64,000 bases of DNA, taken from positions 145,640,001 to 145,704,000 of the forward strand of contig NC_086097.1 in assembly GCF_963921235.1 (NCBI RefSeq). The letters run 5' to 3'. Each line of letters begins with the position of its first letter. Within the stretch, counting starts at the first letter, position 1. Origin of the DNA: Mobula hypostoma (lineage: Eukaryota). Of this stretch, positions 1-13,300 are shown in pieces. Below the pieces are notes generated by a model. That model was not told where the DNA came from. It worked only from the letters and a program-made list of their open reading frames with translations, and did not search any database. The position numbers and the translations under genes are program-made.

Positions 1-739
1 ATTTGCAACTTTCCACAAACTACCTGGACAAAATCAAGCAGCTATATTAATGTACTAGTACTCCAGAGATCAGGCATCAAAATCCAGAGATTTAAATTTA
101 AGAACCACCATCCCACCCAGTGAATTAATTTAGTTCATTAAATAAGCTTTCACAAAAAAAAAGCCAGGATCACGAATAGTATCCATCAAACTACTGTGTC
201 ACAGAATCCAAGCTGGCACATTAAAGTCAATTTAGGAACTGGTCTTACATCTTCTGATTTCTTCAAGGTTTTCAACCTACAGTTTATGCTTTAACTGTCC
301 TTCACAAACTTTATCCAATCACAAATGCTGATAAATTTGGACGAATAATCTACATCAATTTGGGCACCAGATAGGAAAAATCCAAAAGCAATCGTGCAAA
401 TTCAACTTTTGTTTACACATTAGGACTTGACCAAAACTTCAGTGTTGTCTAAAATCAGACATTTAATGGCCTAGCATTATCAGCATTGTACCTTTCAGCC
501 AACAGCACGGAGCTCACATTTTCTGGACATCAATGTATGCCTGTGGTACACATTGGGATGAGGGGAGGCAATGACCCAGATATCCTCAGCACTGACTTGA
601 TGATAGGTCACAAAGTGCAAATGAAAGCCCTGTTGGCAGCTGATGGAGTAACATCGTTTCAGATTGCTCCTACCCTGTTTACTTAATTGTCTCCTACCAG
701 CCTTTTTTTTGAAACCTTATTATAATGCTTTAATACTGC

Positions 740-3700
740 TTTGCTACGGCTGGGAAAAGAACAAAAGCTTCTGCTAAAGAAAGAGAAACAGAAAATGAAT
801 CCCCAGTCACTCTGGATTCAATCAGTGACTTCCTTAAACAGCAAAAATCCGAACTTTCTGAGGATTTTCAACGACTTAACAGCAAACTGGATACAATTCA
901 ACAAACTCTATCTAAGCATGAGATCCGAATTCAGGAAAATACTGCGAAGCTGCTGACACTTGAAGAGGACGCTGACAATACAATTAAACTCTGCAAAGAG
1001 TTATCTTTATCCAATGATAAAATGATGAAAAGGATCATCAGTCTCGAAAATAGAAACAGGAGAAATAATCTGCAAATTCTGGGTCTTGAAGAATCAATTG
1101 AAGGCACTGACCCTACGAAGTTTTTAATCAAACTTTCTGAAACAGCTATTCCCTGCTTTATTCACTTCCGAGCCGAAGCTCTATCAAGCATATCGCTCAC
1201 CGATTTTGATGGCATTGTCGGCGGCTGCAAGACCCAGATCAGTCATTCTAAGCTTTCATGAATTTCGTATTAAAGACCTTAAAATTCACCATACCCGTCG
1301 ACAAGGAATGATCGATTTCCAAAGTTAAAAGGTTAGATTCCTGGAAGACTATTCGCCTGAAGTTACGGCTGATCGCATGAAGTATACAGTTATATCGGAA
1401 TTTTACAATAAAGGATATAAACCATTCCTTCAGTTTCCTGCCCGTCTGAGTATTGTTTTGAAGGACAGATTGAGAAAAAGAATAAAGTTGGATGAAGAAG
1501 CAGAAGAGTTTCTGAAGGATGAAGTCTAAAACTGATATTTCTTATTTAATCAATTTTTTCTTCTGTTAATATGAATTTGAAATAAGGTTTCATTAAGCTT
1601 ATGTTTTGGCTGTTCATATATTGCCTTTCGTTATTTTTTTGATACTTTTTTATTATATCCCTTTTTGAGGCTTTATTTTAATACAGCTTTCTTTGAATTT
1701 GTTTTAAACTGATCCTTTCATATTTTCGAATACTGAGTTATTTTTCTTTTTATGTTGTGTCTTGGCAGGGACATAATAACCTTGTAGAACTGGAGTTTTT
1801 TGTCAACAGGATTTTTTGGGGAGGGAACGTAGTTCTTAGCTCGCTGACTGCTTATTGGTCAACTTTCTTGCTTTGGGTGGGGGAGGGGTAGGGTCTATTT
1901 TTTCCTCTGGGAGCTGTGTTGGGTTGAATATATGATTGTTTGTCTGAATACCTACCTTACGGTTTACTTTCTAGTTTTAATAACTTATGGCCAGATCTTT
2001 TAATTACATGTTGATTGGTATTTAATATGGTTCGAAATATTAACTTATTTAGTTTGAATGTGAAAGGGCTGAATCACCCCATCAAAAGTAACAAAGTGTT
2101 TGCTCATATTAAATTAAAAGCACCCATTATTTGCTTACAAGAAACACACATACGCAGCTGTGACAGCTTACGTTTTTTTACTCAGTGGAAGGATATGCAA
2201 TTCCATTCTTCGTTTAATGCAAAATCACGAGGAGTTTCAATTCTTGTAGCTAATACAGTTTCCTTTGTTCAGCATAAAGTTGTTTCAGACCCTAATGGTC
2301 GATTTGTTATTGTATCAGGGAACTTAGACAGTAATTTGATTGTTTTTGCTAATGTATATGCCCCAATGTAGACGATCCAGGATTTTTTGAACATCTATTT
2401 TCATTTTTGCCAGATTTGTGTACTTACTGTAGTGATGGGAGGAGATTTTAACTGCTGGTTCGATCCAGTATTAGATCGCTCATCTATCAAACCAGCCACA
2501 CTTAATAAATCAGCTTTGTTTATCCAATCCTTTCTAACTAAATGTGGTATAGTTGATGCTTGGCGTTTTCTCCATCCGACGGACAGGGAGAATTCTTTTT
2601 TCTCTCATGTTCATCATTCTTATACCAGGATTGATTATTTTTTATTGATAGTCAAATGATTCCATAAGTTTGATCGATCGAATATAAAGAGATTGCTATT
2701 TCTCACCACTCTCCTGTACTTCTATCTTTAAATCTTCCTGGTCCTATCCCTATGAGTAGATTTTGGTGATTTAATCTGTTATCCTCTATTATCCAATGAG
2801 GACTTTTTAAAACTTATGGAGAATCAAATAACTCTTTTTTTGAAGAAAATACATTGGAAGAGACATCTAGTTTTATTATATGGAATACTTTCAAAGCATA
2901 CATCCGGGGTCAAATTATTTCTTATACCGCAAACATCACTAAAAAAGCTAACAAAGAGAGAAATGAACTAGACAATCAGTTAAAACAACTGGACCATAAA
3001 TATGCTTCGGTACCCGATCCTGAAGCATACAAGAGACGTATTGAAACTAAAACTAAATATGATCTTCTTTTAACGTATCCAATTGAAAGCCAACTTTTAA
3101 AAGATAGAAGTCAATTTTATATTCACAGAGATAAAACTGGTAAGCTACTGGCTAATCAATTGAAGCCATTTATAGCCAAGAGGTAAATTAAAGAAATAGG
3201 TAAAATTAATGGGGATATGACAACTGACCACCTTGAAATTAACGACATTTTTAGGGAATTTTATTCTAATTGTATAGTTCTGACTCTGTTAATGATAATA
3301 TTGCAATAATTTTTTAGATCAATTAAATATTCCTAATCTTTTGTTAGATGATCGTAGGCAATTGGATCAACCTATTTCCCAGGAGGAAATTGCTCAGGCT
3401 ATTCGAGAATTGCATTCTGGGAAATCCCCAGGACCCAATGGATTCTCTGGAGAGTTTTATAAGGCTTTTTCCTCTTTGCTTATACCACACTTATGTTCTA
3501 CCCTTGCAGATTCCTTTAAGGTAGGAAGGTTACCGCAATCTTTTTACGAAGCTTCCATTTCACTCTTTCTCAAAAAGAATAAGAATCCTACTGAATGTTC
3601 TTTGTACAGACCTATCTCTTTACTCAATTTTGATACTAACATTTTATCTAAAGTGTTGGCTCGCAGACTTGAAACTATTATCTCTTCTATAGTTTTGGAT

Positions 3701-6420
3701 GATCAGACAGGATTTATTAAAAATCGATATTTCCATTTTAATATACAGCGTTTGTTAAATGTTCTCCATCTAAGGAAATATCGGAATGTGTGATATCTTT
3801 GGATGCAGAGAAGGCTTTTGACAAGAGTTGAATGGAACTATCTATTTACATCCTTAGAAAAATTTAATTTTGGATCTAATTTTATTCATTGGATTAAATT
3901 ACTTTATTTATCTCCCTCCGTTCGGGTTCTTACTAATTTTCAGAATTCTAAACCCTTTAAACTCCAACGTGGAACTAGACAAGGTTGTCCTTTGAGCCCT
4001 CTGCTCTTTGATTTGGTATCAGAACCCTTAGCAATTGCTTTTTGAGAGACTGAAGAGATTACTGGTATTTTAAGGAGAGGTACTATTCATAAAGTGTCAC
4101 TCTATGCTGATGACTTATTGCTTTTTAATCTAATGTTACAACCTCCTTACCATTTATGTTCCACTTAGTGACTAATTTTAGTCAGTTCTCAGGATATAAA
4201 TTAAATTTACAGAAGAGTGAACTGTCTCCTTTAAACAACTTAATACCAACTGATATTAAACTTCCTTTTAAAATTTTAAGTAAATAATTTACGTATTTAG
4301 GAGTAGCAATTACTAAGAATTATAAAGATTTATTTAAGGAAAATTTTTTAAGTTAATTGAATTATGTTAAAAGAACACTTTCTAATTGGTCGCCTCTTTC
4401 TTTATCACTGATTGGCCGAATCAATTTTCAAGCTGTACCTGTTTTTAGTCCTAAATCTTTTTGTGACTCTTTGGATTCAATTCTTTCCTCCTATATATGG
4501 AAGAATTAAAAACCTCGTATAAATAAAGCTCACCTTCAGAAAACCAAACAGAACGGAGGATTTGCCTTACCCAATTTTAGGTTATATTATTGGGCAGTTA
4601 ATATACAAAATATTACGTTCTGGATATATTACATTAACCATGAGAATTGCCCCACATGGGTTTCTTTGGAAGTCAACTTCCATAAAATTTTTCCTGTATT
4701 TCTTTACTTAGATCGCTTCCTTTATTTTTAAATAAACTAATTGACAATGTGGTGGTTAAACATACATTAAGGATTTGGTTACAGTTTAGAAAACATTTTG
4801 GTTTATTGAGATTCTCCCTCTCAAGTCCCATATTTTCTAATTGTTTTTTTAAACCATCTTTAATTGACTTATCTTTTAAAGAATGGGATAGATTGGGTAT
4901 TAAACGATTTCAGGATTTGTTTGATAGAGGGAATCTCTTCTTTTGTGCAACTTTCAACGAAATTTAACCTATCCAACTTTTTTCCATACTTACAGATGAG
5001 ATTTTTTAAGATCTCAATTACTTACATTTCTTATAAATCCAGATAAGAATATAATAGATACAATTTTTAATCTGAAACCCTTCGATAACGGTTCAATATC
5101 TCACATTTATGGTCTACTGTTGGGACTGAAAAAGGCCTCTTTAGATAAAATTAAAGGAGATTAGGAAAAGGATTTACAGATTCTCATATCTGAAGAGCTG
5201 GAAGATTACTTTAAAATTGATTAATTCTTCATCATTATGTGCTTGTCATTCTTTATTACAATTCAAAGTGGTACATAGAGTTCATATGTCTAAAGACAAG
5301 CTCTCCGTTTCTACGCAGATATTAGAGAGAGTTTTTTTGGGTAGATGATTTGTTTACACTTAAATGACTTTCGCCACCAGACTTCTATTTGACAAAGTAC
5401 TGTGGATTGAGTCCACAACAATGCGCTTCCGAAAAAGGTGTTAATACCAGATGTTTCTGGCACCATAGTTTGACCTGATGTTGTGGTTTCGAAGACAGTA
5501 TTACCTATACATTATAAATATTAATTGTCTTCTATGTTAGCACGTAAAATGCCAAATAAATGTATTGTGGATTTAACTTGCATTCCAGACATGTTGGCGT
5601 TGGAAGGAAAAGGATGAATTCAGAAGGTGTGATGTTTGTATGTAGCTTCAAAAGGAAGCAATGTCTATAACTTTTTAAGTAGCGATTACCTTTGTGTTTA
5701 GCATATAAATATCAAGCCCACATTGGACTAGCAGACCTTGCTACCGAAAGCATCTCCATCCGTAGATGCCTGCTGTACCTTGTTGTGTCGAATAAAGAAG
5801 CTGCTTTGTATCTACCAGTGACTCTGTCTCTCTGATGATTTCATCCATGCTACAACAGCAGATATTTCCCCTTACTGTGATAGATGTACTAATTGAGTGG
5901 CCACACTAATTCATAAGTTTTGGACATATCCGAGCCTTGAAAAGTTCTGGAAAGATGTATTTCAAACTTTTTCTGCACTTTTCAATGTCAGCTTTAAGCC
6001 TAATGTCAGCTTTGACTGCCTTGTTTGGTATTGTTGAGGATAGTGCTACAAAATTGAAGTCATCTAATTTGCAGGTATTGGCCTTTATGTCTCTTATGGC
6101 CAGGAGGGCAATCTTGCACAAGTGGAAGGAGGCCACCCCGTCCACTCATATTCAAGGGCTATCTGATGTTATGTTATGCCTTGATCTAGAGAAGATTCGT
6201 TGTTTGATTTCTGATTCTAAACATGATTTTCTAATGTAATGGGGGACCCTTTGAATTATTTTCACAATCTTTGAACTGTTATTAAAGTACGGATCTGAGC
6301 CATTATTATTATAACATATGGCAAGGTATTTTTCTTTTTTCTTCTTTTTTTTAAACCAACCAGCTAATTTTGGTAGTGGGGGTAGATTTATTATAATACA
6401 ATTATTTTATCTTATTTCAT
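740..6420 (+). mobile_element. Degenerate L1-clade LINE (ORF1 remnant ~800-1530, ORF2 remnant ~2027-6239); ends approximate
   Basis: LENRNRRNNLQILGLEE (ORF1); SLNVKGLN, CLQETH, GGDFN, RIDYF (APE endonuclease); [17 protein letters not shown] (RT); many stops and frameshifts. Confidence 0.92.
5324..5857. mobile_element. 534-bp insertion in the L1 fossil; its 3' part (5479-5857) is LTR-like
   Basis: 9-bp direct repeat GCAGATATT at 5315-5323 and 5858-5866, with L1 coding sequence resuming across it; TGTTGTGG...AATAAA...CTACAACA. Confidence 0.7.
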
Positions 6421-6565
6421 AATTTAAAGCTGCAACACATGTAAACATCCTTAGCCAAAAGTACCACCTCCTAAGGTTCCCACTTCTCCAGAAATTGAGG
6501 AATTTTCAGGTGTTAAAGGAATCAAGATGTATGAGGATAGCGTAGGAAAGTGGCACTGAGATAAA

Positions 6566-6670
6566 AGCAACACACGTAAAATGCTGGAGGAACTCAGCAG
6601 GTCAAGCAGCATTTACAGAAATGAATAAACAGTCGACATTTTGGGCTGAGACCCTTCTTCAGGACTGGAA
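6566..6670 (-). mobile_element. Penelope-like terminal fragment with a decayed hammerhead motif (copy A)
   Basis: Minus strand reads CAGTC-CTGAAGA-AGGGTCTCAGCCC-AAAA-TGTC-GACTG; same body as the other copies. Confidence 0.7.
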
Positions 6671-6814
6671 AGTTCGGGGGAAGACATGCAGGATTACTTG
6701 CGTTTATGAATTACTGAGATAAAAGATCAGATATGAACTCAATGAAACATGGAACTGACACAAGAGGACAATGTTCATTTCATATTCCCATCACTTGATA
6801 GCAAGAACTCCCAA

Positions 6815-7025
6815 GCCTGGCTGCGAAAGGAAGATGGTTGGGCAGGGGGCTAGCAACCCACCCCATATAAACCCAGAGCTACAGTAACGCCAACAGACGT
6901 TCCAGAGACCTCATCCCTGGGAAAGGAAGAATCTTTAAAGATGGGCTGCAACTTGAAGGCCTGGCCCAGGATAGAGGACTCTGGCGAGCTACCGTTGGCA
7001 GCCTATGCCCCAGTAAGAGTAGTAA
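6815..7025 (+). mobile_element. Short RTE-derived non-autonomous retroposon fragment
   Basis: GGGCTAGCAACCCACCCCATATAAAC 5'-type motif followed by an RTE-like C-terminal/3' end (LAQDRGLWRATVGSLCP). Confidence 0.55.
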
Positions 7026-7199
7026 AAGTATGTTGATAGTGGGACATGACTGAGTGCACTGACACAGCAAATGCAGTAGGTCCCATACAACTCTGATGTA
7101 CCTCCTATGCCAAAGCACAGAAGCCAACTAGTGCACAGGCCAGAGACTAATTATGTGATGTTCATGATAGGTATGTGTACATCTAAAGCAGCTACTCAC

Positions 7200-7351
7200 T
7201 TCTGTTCTGCTTCGGTGAGAGATTTCCTAACTGCAGCATACTTAACATTAGCGTCTGTCAAAGCCTTCAAGATGTTTTCTTGGGCAGCAAGGTTTTGATC
7301 AATGTAAACTCTCAGCTGGTCATATTTCTTCAGTTGTTCTTCAAAGAGCTT
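7200..7351 (-). CDS. PTPN23: PTPN23 exon 18 (152 nt) KLFEEQLKKYDQLRVYIDQNLAAQENILKALTDANVKYAAVRKSLTEAEQK
   Basis: CAG/GTGAGT boundaries. Confidence 0.94.
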
Positions 7352-10300
7352 CTGCAATCAAATTAATTTTAACAACATGATACATGCGATATTGATTAGA
7401 TTATGAATGTTACTTGCTTTTCCATCATCAATTTTGCAATCACAACCCCAACAATCATTAACTATATTCTTGCAAGCAAGGTAACAGATAAATCAGCAAT
7501 AGATTCTCCTACGCACATTCTTGGTGAATTATGCAAGTGCAGAATAATAAAAAAGATAGGTATCCAATATATGGGGAAAAATAAAGAATCCATTAATGAG
7601 TGGTTAAAGGCATTCAGAAAATTGATTTGTATAAATATGACAAAAAAAAGAGGAAGTGACTTTACAGTACACACAAAATGCTGGAGGAACTCAGCAGGCC
7701 AGGCATGCTCTGAAAAAGAGTAAACAGTCGACATTTTGGGCCTGATGAAGAGTCCCGAGTCCTGATTAAGGGTCTCAGCCCGAAACATCCACTGTTTACT
7801 CTTTTTTGCAGATGCTGCTCAGCCTGCGGAGTTCCTCCAGTATATTTTGTGTATTGCTTTGATTTCCAGCATCAGCAGATTTTCTCTCGTACGTGATTTT
7901 GCGAGTCTTGTCATTTTTTTATGTGGTAAACTGAATAGCTAGAAGGAAACCCACCATTCTGGATGTAAATCTTCTGTTAATCTTCTTTACAAAGCAAACT
8001 ATCTCAGCCTAGTCAGTTCCTTTTCAGAACTAATATTTTCAAGACTTGCTAATATCCTTCTAAACCTACTCAACATTATGAACATTGCTACAACATCCTT
8101 TTCTATAATGCACTGACCAGTAAAGTACACTGTAATCTATTTGTAGTTCAATTGATACCTAGCATAATAAGCCTGTTCTTGCATTTTACATTTCAGCAAT
8201 AGGAGAAAGTACCCCACACATTTTCTTAAATATTTTATATGCAGGGCCTGCTACCTTAAAGAATCTATGGATCCAAGATCCTTCCCCACACTTCTTTATA
8301 TCCAACCACTTAACGCGCATTTCTTTTCTTCTTTCACCTTCCCCATGTATTGTTTTAGTCTCTTGACTAAATTCCAGATGCATGTGGTGACATAACTAAT
8401 CCACTTTCTAAATGAAACCAGAAAATGGTGGAAATATACAGGCAACATGTAGAGAGAGAAACAGTTCACGGTTTACATCCGCCAGAACCAAAGAGAAAAT
8501 AGGATAATTTGAAGTTGCAGAGTTGGTAGGATTTGGAAATGGAGGACAAAGGATAAATACCAGTGTTGCTATGAGGACCAGTTGTAGAGATCCACCAAAG
8601 TAATGGATTAAGGGGAGCAGTAATAGGTTGATTAATATAGTGAGAAGCACAGTGTGTTGCAACAGAGGGGCATGACTAGCAGGATAGTCTGTACTAATGC
8701 CGAAGAGCTGGGCTAACCAATAATAATATACAGCAGAAATAGTCAATTCCAATACAGGGAGAGATCATGAACTACATAAACTACAATATTTTAACCAGGA
8801 GGTCTCAGATGCCGAGATGAAGCATTAAAAATGATATGCAACAAGCTCAGATTGCCACTGCATGCTGAATGGAAGTGCTTTAAACAAAGCAACTGCAGTG
8901 ATTATAGGGAGTTAGGAAAGAGGCTGAAAAGACCTCAAAAGGTAGTAATCGCCGGATTACTCCTGGTGCCACTTGCTAAACTGGGCAGGAACAGAAAAAA
9001 AAAAGTGCCAGCTTAACCTATTGAAGATTGCGTACGCAAGAGGGATGAAGAAAATTTCTCTCAATTAGTAGTGAATCGCTGAAGTTCTCGGCCCTGGAGG
9101 GTAGCAGTGGCCGGAGACTGAGAAATACTAAAAAGGCGGATATAGATTAATACAATAGATTCCAGTTCACTGGGACACATGGGGACCAGTATATTTTGGC
9201 CCAATTAAGCAGGTGCCCCAATTAGCCGAAGTTTCATGGAAATAGTTAAAAAGGTATATAAAAAAGACAAACTACAGTCTGAATAACAAATTATCTATTT
9301 AATTGAAAACTGAAGAAATTCGAACACTACCAAAACTACTACAGTATTATAAAGCTGTGTATTAGATCCTGATAGTTATTGACAGAGGAATTAATCTAGC
9401 GTCCACTGCCACGTTCTTTTGATTCAATACAAATTAACAAAATCAGCGCAGACAGCAAGTGTTGAAAATGGACTGCCTTCCTGCAACACTTTCTACTCAT
9501 TTGATCATCTTGCCATAATCAAGACTACACTGCACAAATCCAGAATTTTTGAGTTAGTCATATTAGTGTCATAGAGTTGCTCACCAACCTTCATTTCTGA
9601 ATGGTCTGTTGTAACTAGGGTTGTAGTGATATCATCCTTTTGAATGGCATCTCTGAGCTGCTGTAAAAGAGATGAGCGCTGGTCTCTCATTTCTTCAACC
9701 TTCAATAAAATACGTTTCATGTTCTGCAGTGTAGCCTTTTCCTCTGTGAAACAAAGAACCAAAAATATTGCTAGGCATTGCCATACCTTGGGACAGGGAT
9801 TTTGACTACATAAATAGCCAAATTGAAAAAAAAACACAATTTTACACAAATACATCCAAACAAATAGAAAACACAGCTTAATACCATCTGAGACAGTGGG
9901 GCTTGGAAGAGCAGCTCGAAGATCTTCTAAGGGTCCACTTAGCAGTCGCAAGTTACTAATGTGTAAGTTCATTGCTTTGTGCAGCTCAGTATTGGTGAAG
10001 CTAGCTTTCTCATGCACTTCCATGTACTTGGACCATTCCTTGCTGAGTTCCAACGTTTTGCCTTGCTGGGTCATTTTCCCAGTCACCTCTTGAAATTTCT
10101 TCTCCATTAATTCATCCTGGTCTATAAGTTCCTTCAATTCTCTTAATGACACTTCTACATCAGTGTAGAGTCCAGACAGAACTGTGAGGGGAAAAAGGAA
10201 CTAAATTAACATTTGGAGAGCAATTTTCAATGCACATCATACAAAACTAAAACAACCAGGGGAGCGGTAGGGAAAGAGTGGGAGAGTGGGGGCAATCAAC

Positions 10301-13300
10301 AGTCAGGGCAGAGTAATCAAATAGAAACGGTCAACAAGCTACAGATGTGGCTATTAAGGCAACATTTAAACTTCTGAACCAAACTTTTCTATTTTACCAC
10401 ATGTATGGGTGTCTCTCAGCCAGGGCAGAGTAATCAAATAGAAACGGTCAACAAGCTACAGATGTGGCTATTAAGGCAACATTTAAACTTCTGAACCAAA
10501 CTTTTCTATTTTACCACATGTATGGGTGTCTCTTAGAAAAATAAAGCAACACACAAAAAGAAAAGACTGCACAAGATTGTTACACATCAGAAAATGAAAA
10601 TTATCTGAGAAAAGAAGTTTTTAAATTGTAGAGACTAGCACACTCCATTAACCGATAGAGCAAAGGGTAACAATTTACATTCGTCTACTAACGTACTTTG
10701 CATAGATTGAACCAAACTTTTCACAGTATCTGGTCGGACACTCAGCGCTGCACACTTTTCCATCAGGACTGGAGGTATGTGATTATACATGTCTAAATTA
10801 TCAACTGAATCTGGATCAATCCTCAGAGAATCCATGAACTGCCTGTTACAAAGATACAAAACAAATCAGATTTTAAATTAATCCATGTGGCATTATAAAT
10901 GTTATGTTCACTTTTAAACTAATTGTTCAATATACAAAATTAAAAATACAAGATATCATATGTATCAAAACAGTAAGGGAACAGAAGTGGGGGCAGTGAA
11001 CTATGTACTTTAGCTGATAACTCCTTTTAAATCATGGTATTCATTTGGGTCCAACAGAAGCCAGTCAAGACAATTCTGTACTCCTTTTAGAAAATGGACT
11101 TGAGAACTATCAAAGACAACAACATCATTACCTTTGACATCTTCTCCATCCTAGATTCACGAAGAAATATACCCCAAATAAAAAACAAACCCGATCCTTT
11201 CTTGTATAGCTTCAATTGAAATTGATGAGATGCCAATTTAAAACAGGATTGAAAGGCCAAATCAACTAATATACTTAAGAAGATGGATACATTTCTAGGT
11301 GCAAAAAATATTATAGGCTAGAGAGCAGGAAAATGTATTGAGTGAGACAGATGATCAACCACAATTGTACTGAAAAGTAGAGTTAGCTCAAAGAATTGAA
11401 TGCTCTATTTTTGCTCTTATTTCTTTTCTTGCTATATTACACCATACACAGTAAAAACCCCATTGATCAGTTCCAGAATATTAATACTGTTATGTCCCTA
11501 CAAATCCATTTGAAAAATAAAACAAATGTCAACTCAATATTTCAACTACAGGAAGGAACCTCTGATAACCCACTCAGTTGCAAGAAAAGGTTTGTAAACC
11601 CTTTGTAATTACCTGGTTTTCTGCATTAATTACTCATAAAATGTGATCTGATCTTCATCTAAGTCACAATAACAGACACACACCATCGGTCTAAACTACC
11701 AACACAAAAACAATTGTACTTTTCTCATCAATACTGAGTGCACCATTTAAACAATCACCCTCTAGCTTCAAAAAAGTATGTCAACCTCTAGGGTAATGCC
11801 TTCCACAAAAGCTATTTGGAGTCAGGTGTTCCAATCAATAAAATGAGATTAGTGGTGTAGGTTGTAGAGGTGCCGTACCCTATATAAAAAAAGAAAATCA
11901 GGTTACTGACAGAGCCTGCTCTCCTCAAGAAAGATCCGTTTATGTGCAGCATGTCTCGATCAAAACAACTTTCAGAGGACCTTAGAAGAATTATAGAGAC
12001 GCATAAAGCTGGAAAAGGCTACAAAATCATTTCTGAAGACCTGAGTGATTATCGGTCCACAGTAAGAGAAATTGTCTACAAATGGAGGAAATTCAGTACT
12101 GTTGCTACTCTCCCTAGGAGTGGGTGTCCTGCAAAGATCACACCAAGAGCACAACGTAAAGTGCTGAAGGAAGTGTAAAAAAAACCCAAGAGTAACAGCA
12201 AAAGACCTGCAGAAATCTCTAGGACCCGCTGAAGTTTCTGTTCATGTGTCCACTATAAGAAAAACACTGAAAAAGAATGGTTCATAGAAGGACACCACAG
12301 AGCAAACAACCGCTCTCCAAAAAAAAACATTGCTGCACATCTCCAGTTTGCGAAAGACCACCTGGATGTTCCACAACACTTCTGGAACAATGTTCTTTGG
12401 ACATTGAGGAAACAATGAATTCAAAATTGTATCAAGACATTTTACAGGAGAATATCAGGGTAGCAGTCAGTCACCTGAAGCTTAATAGAAGTTGGATGAT
12501 GCAACAAGACAATGATCCGAAACACAAGAGTAAATCAACAAAATAATGGTAGAAAATGAAGAAAATTTGTATTTTAGAATGGCCAAGTCAGAGTCCAGAC
12601 CTTAACCCAATTGAGATGCTGTGGCATGACCTGAATGGGGCAGTTCATGCAAGGTATTCCAGAAATCTTGATGAACTGAAACAGTTTGGTATGGAGGAAT
12701 GGTCTAAAATTCCTCCTTGCTGTTGTGCAAGTCTGATCAGCTGCTACAGGAAATGATTGGTGGAGGTTATGGCTGCTAAAGGAGGTTCTACCAGTTATTA
12801 ATTACAGGGGTTCACATTTTTTTCCAGCATGGACAGTCTGTGAATGATTAAACTGTGTTCAATAAAGACAATTGTTTGTGCGTTAGCAGCTTAGGCAGAT
12901 TGTATTATCTAGAAGATCAGACCACATTTTATGAGTAGTTAATGCAGAAAACCAGGTAATTGCAAAGGGTTCACAAACTTTTTCTTGCAACTGTAAGTGA
13001 CAGTTAAGCTATAAGAATGTAATAATACACACACAGTTACTTGGCCATCGGTTAATCAGGGCATCCACTTATTTGAGGCAACTCTTAAAAGTACAAAAAC
13101 TAATCCAGAAAACAGCCAAGATTCCCTTTGTTTATTTGGGACACTATGCTGCTTAACTGGCTTCAGGGTTTAATTGGTTTTACACCTTTTTAATTATTTT
13201 CATAAAACTTCAGCTATTTGGGCAGCCATTTAATTGGGCCTAAGAGTACTAATCTTGATGTGTCCCATTAACCAGAATTCACTGTATATTAGAAATTCCC

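Noticed and set aside
244..280. Minus-strand LKKSED followed by GTAAG, resembling PTPN23 exon 19 (LMKKSQEG)
   Set aside because: The match is only a few residues, the flanking exon 19 sequence is absent and the acceptor is poor; exon 19 is probably left of the window
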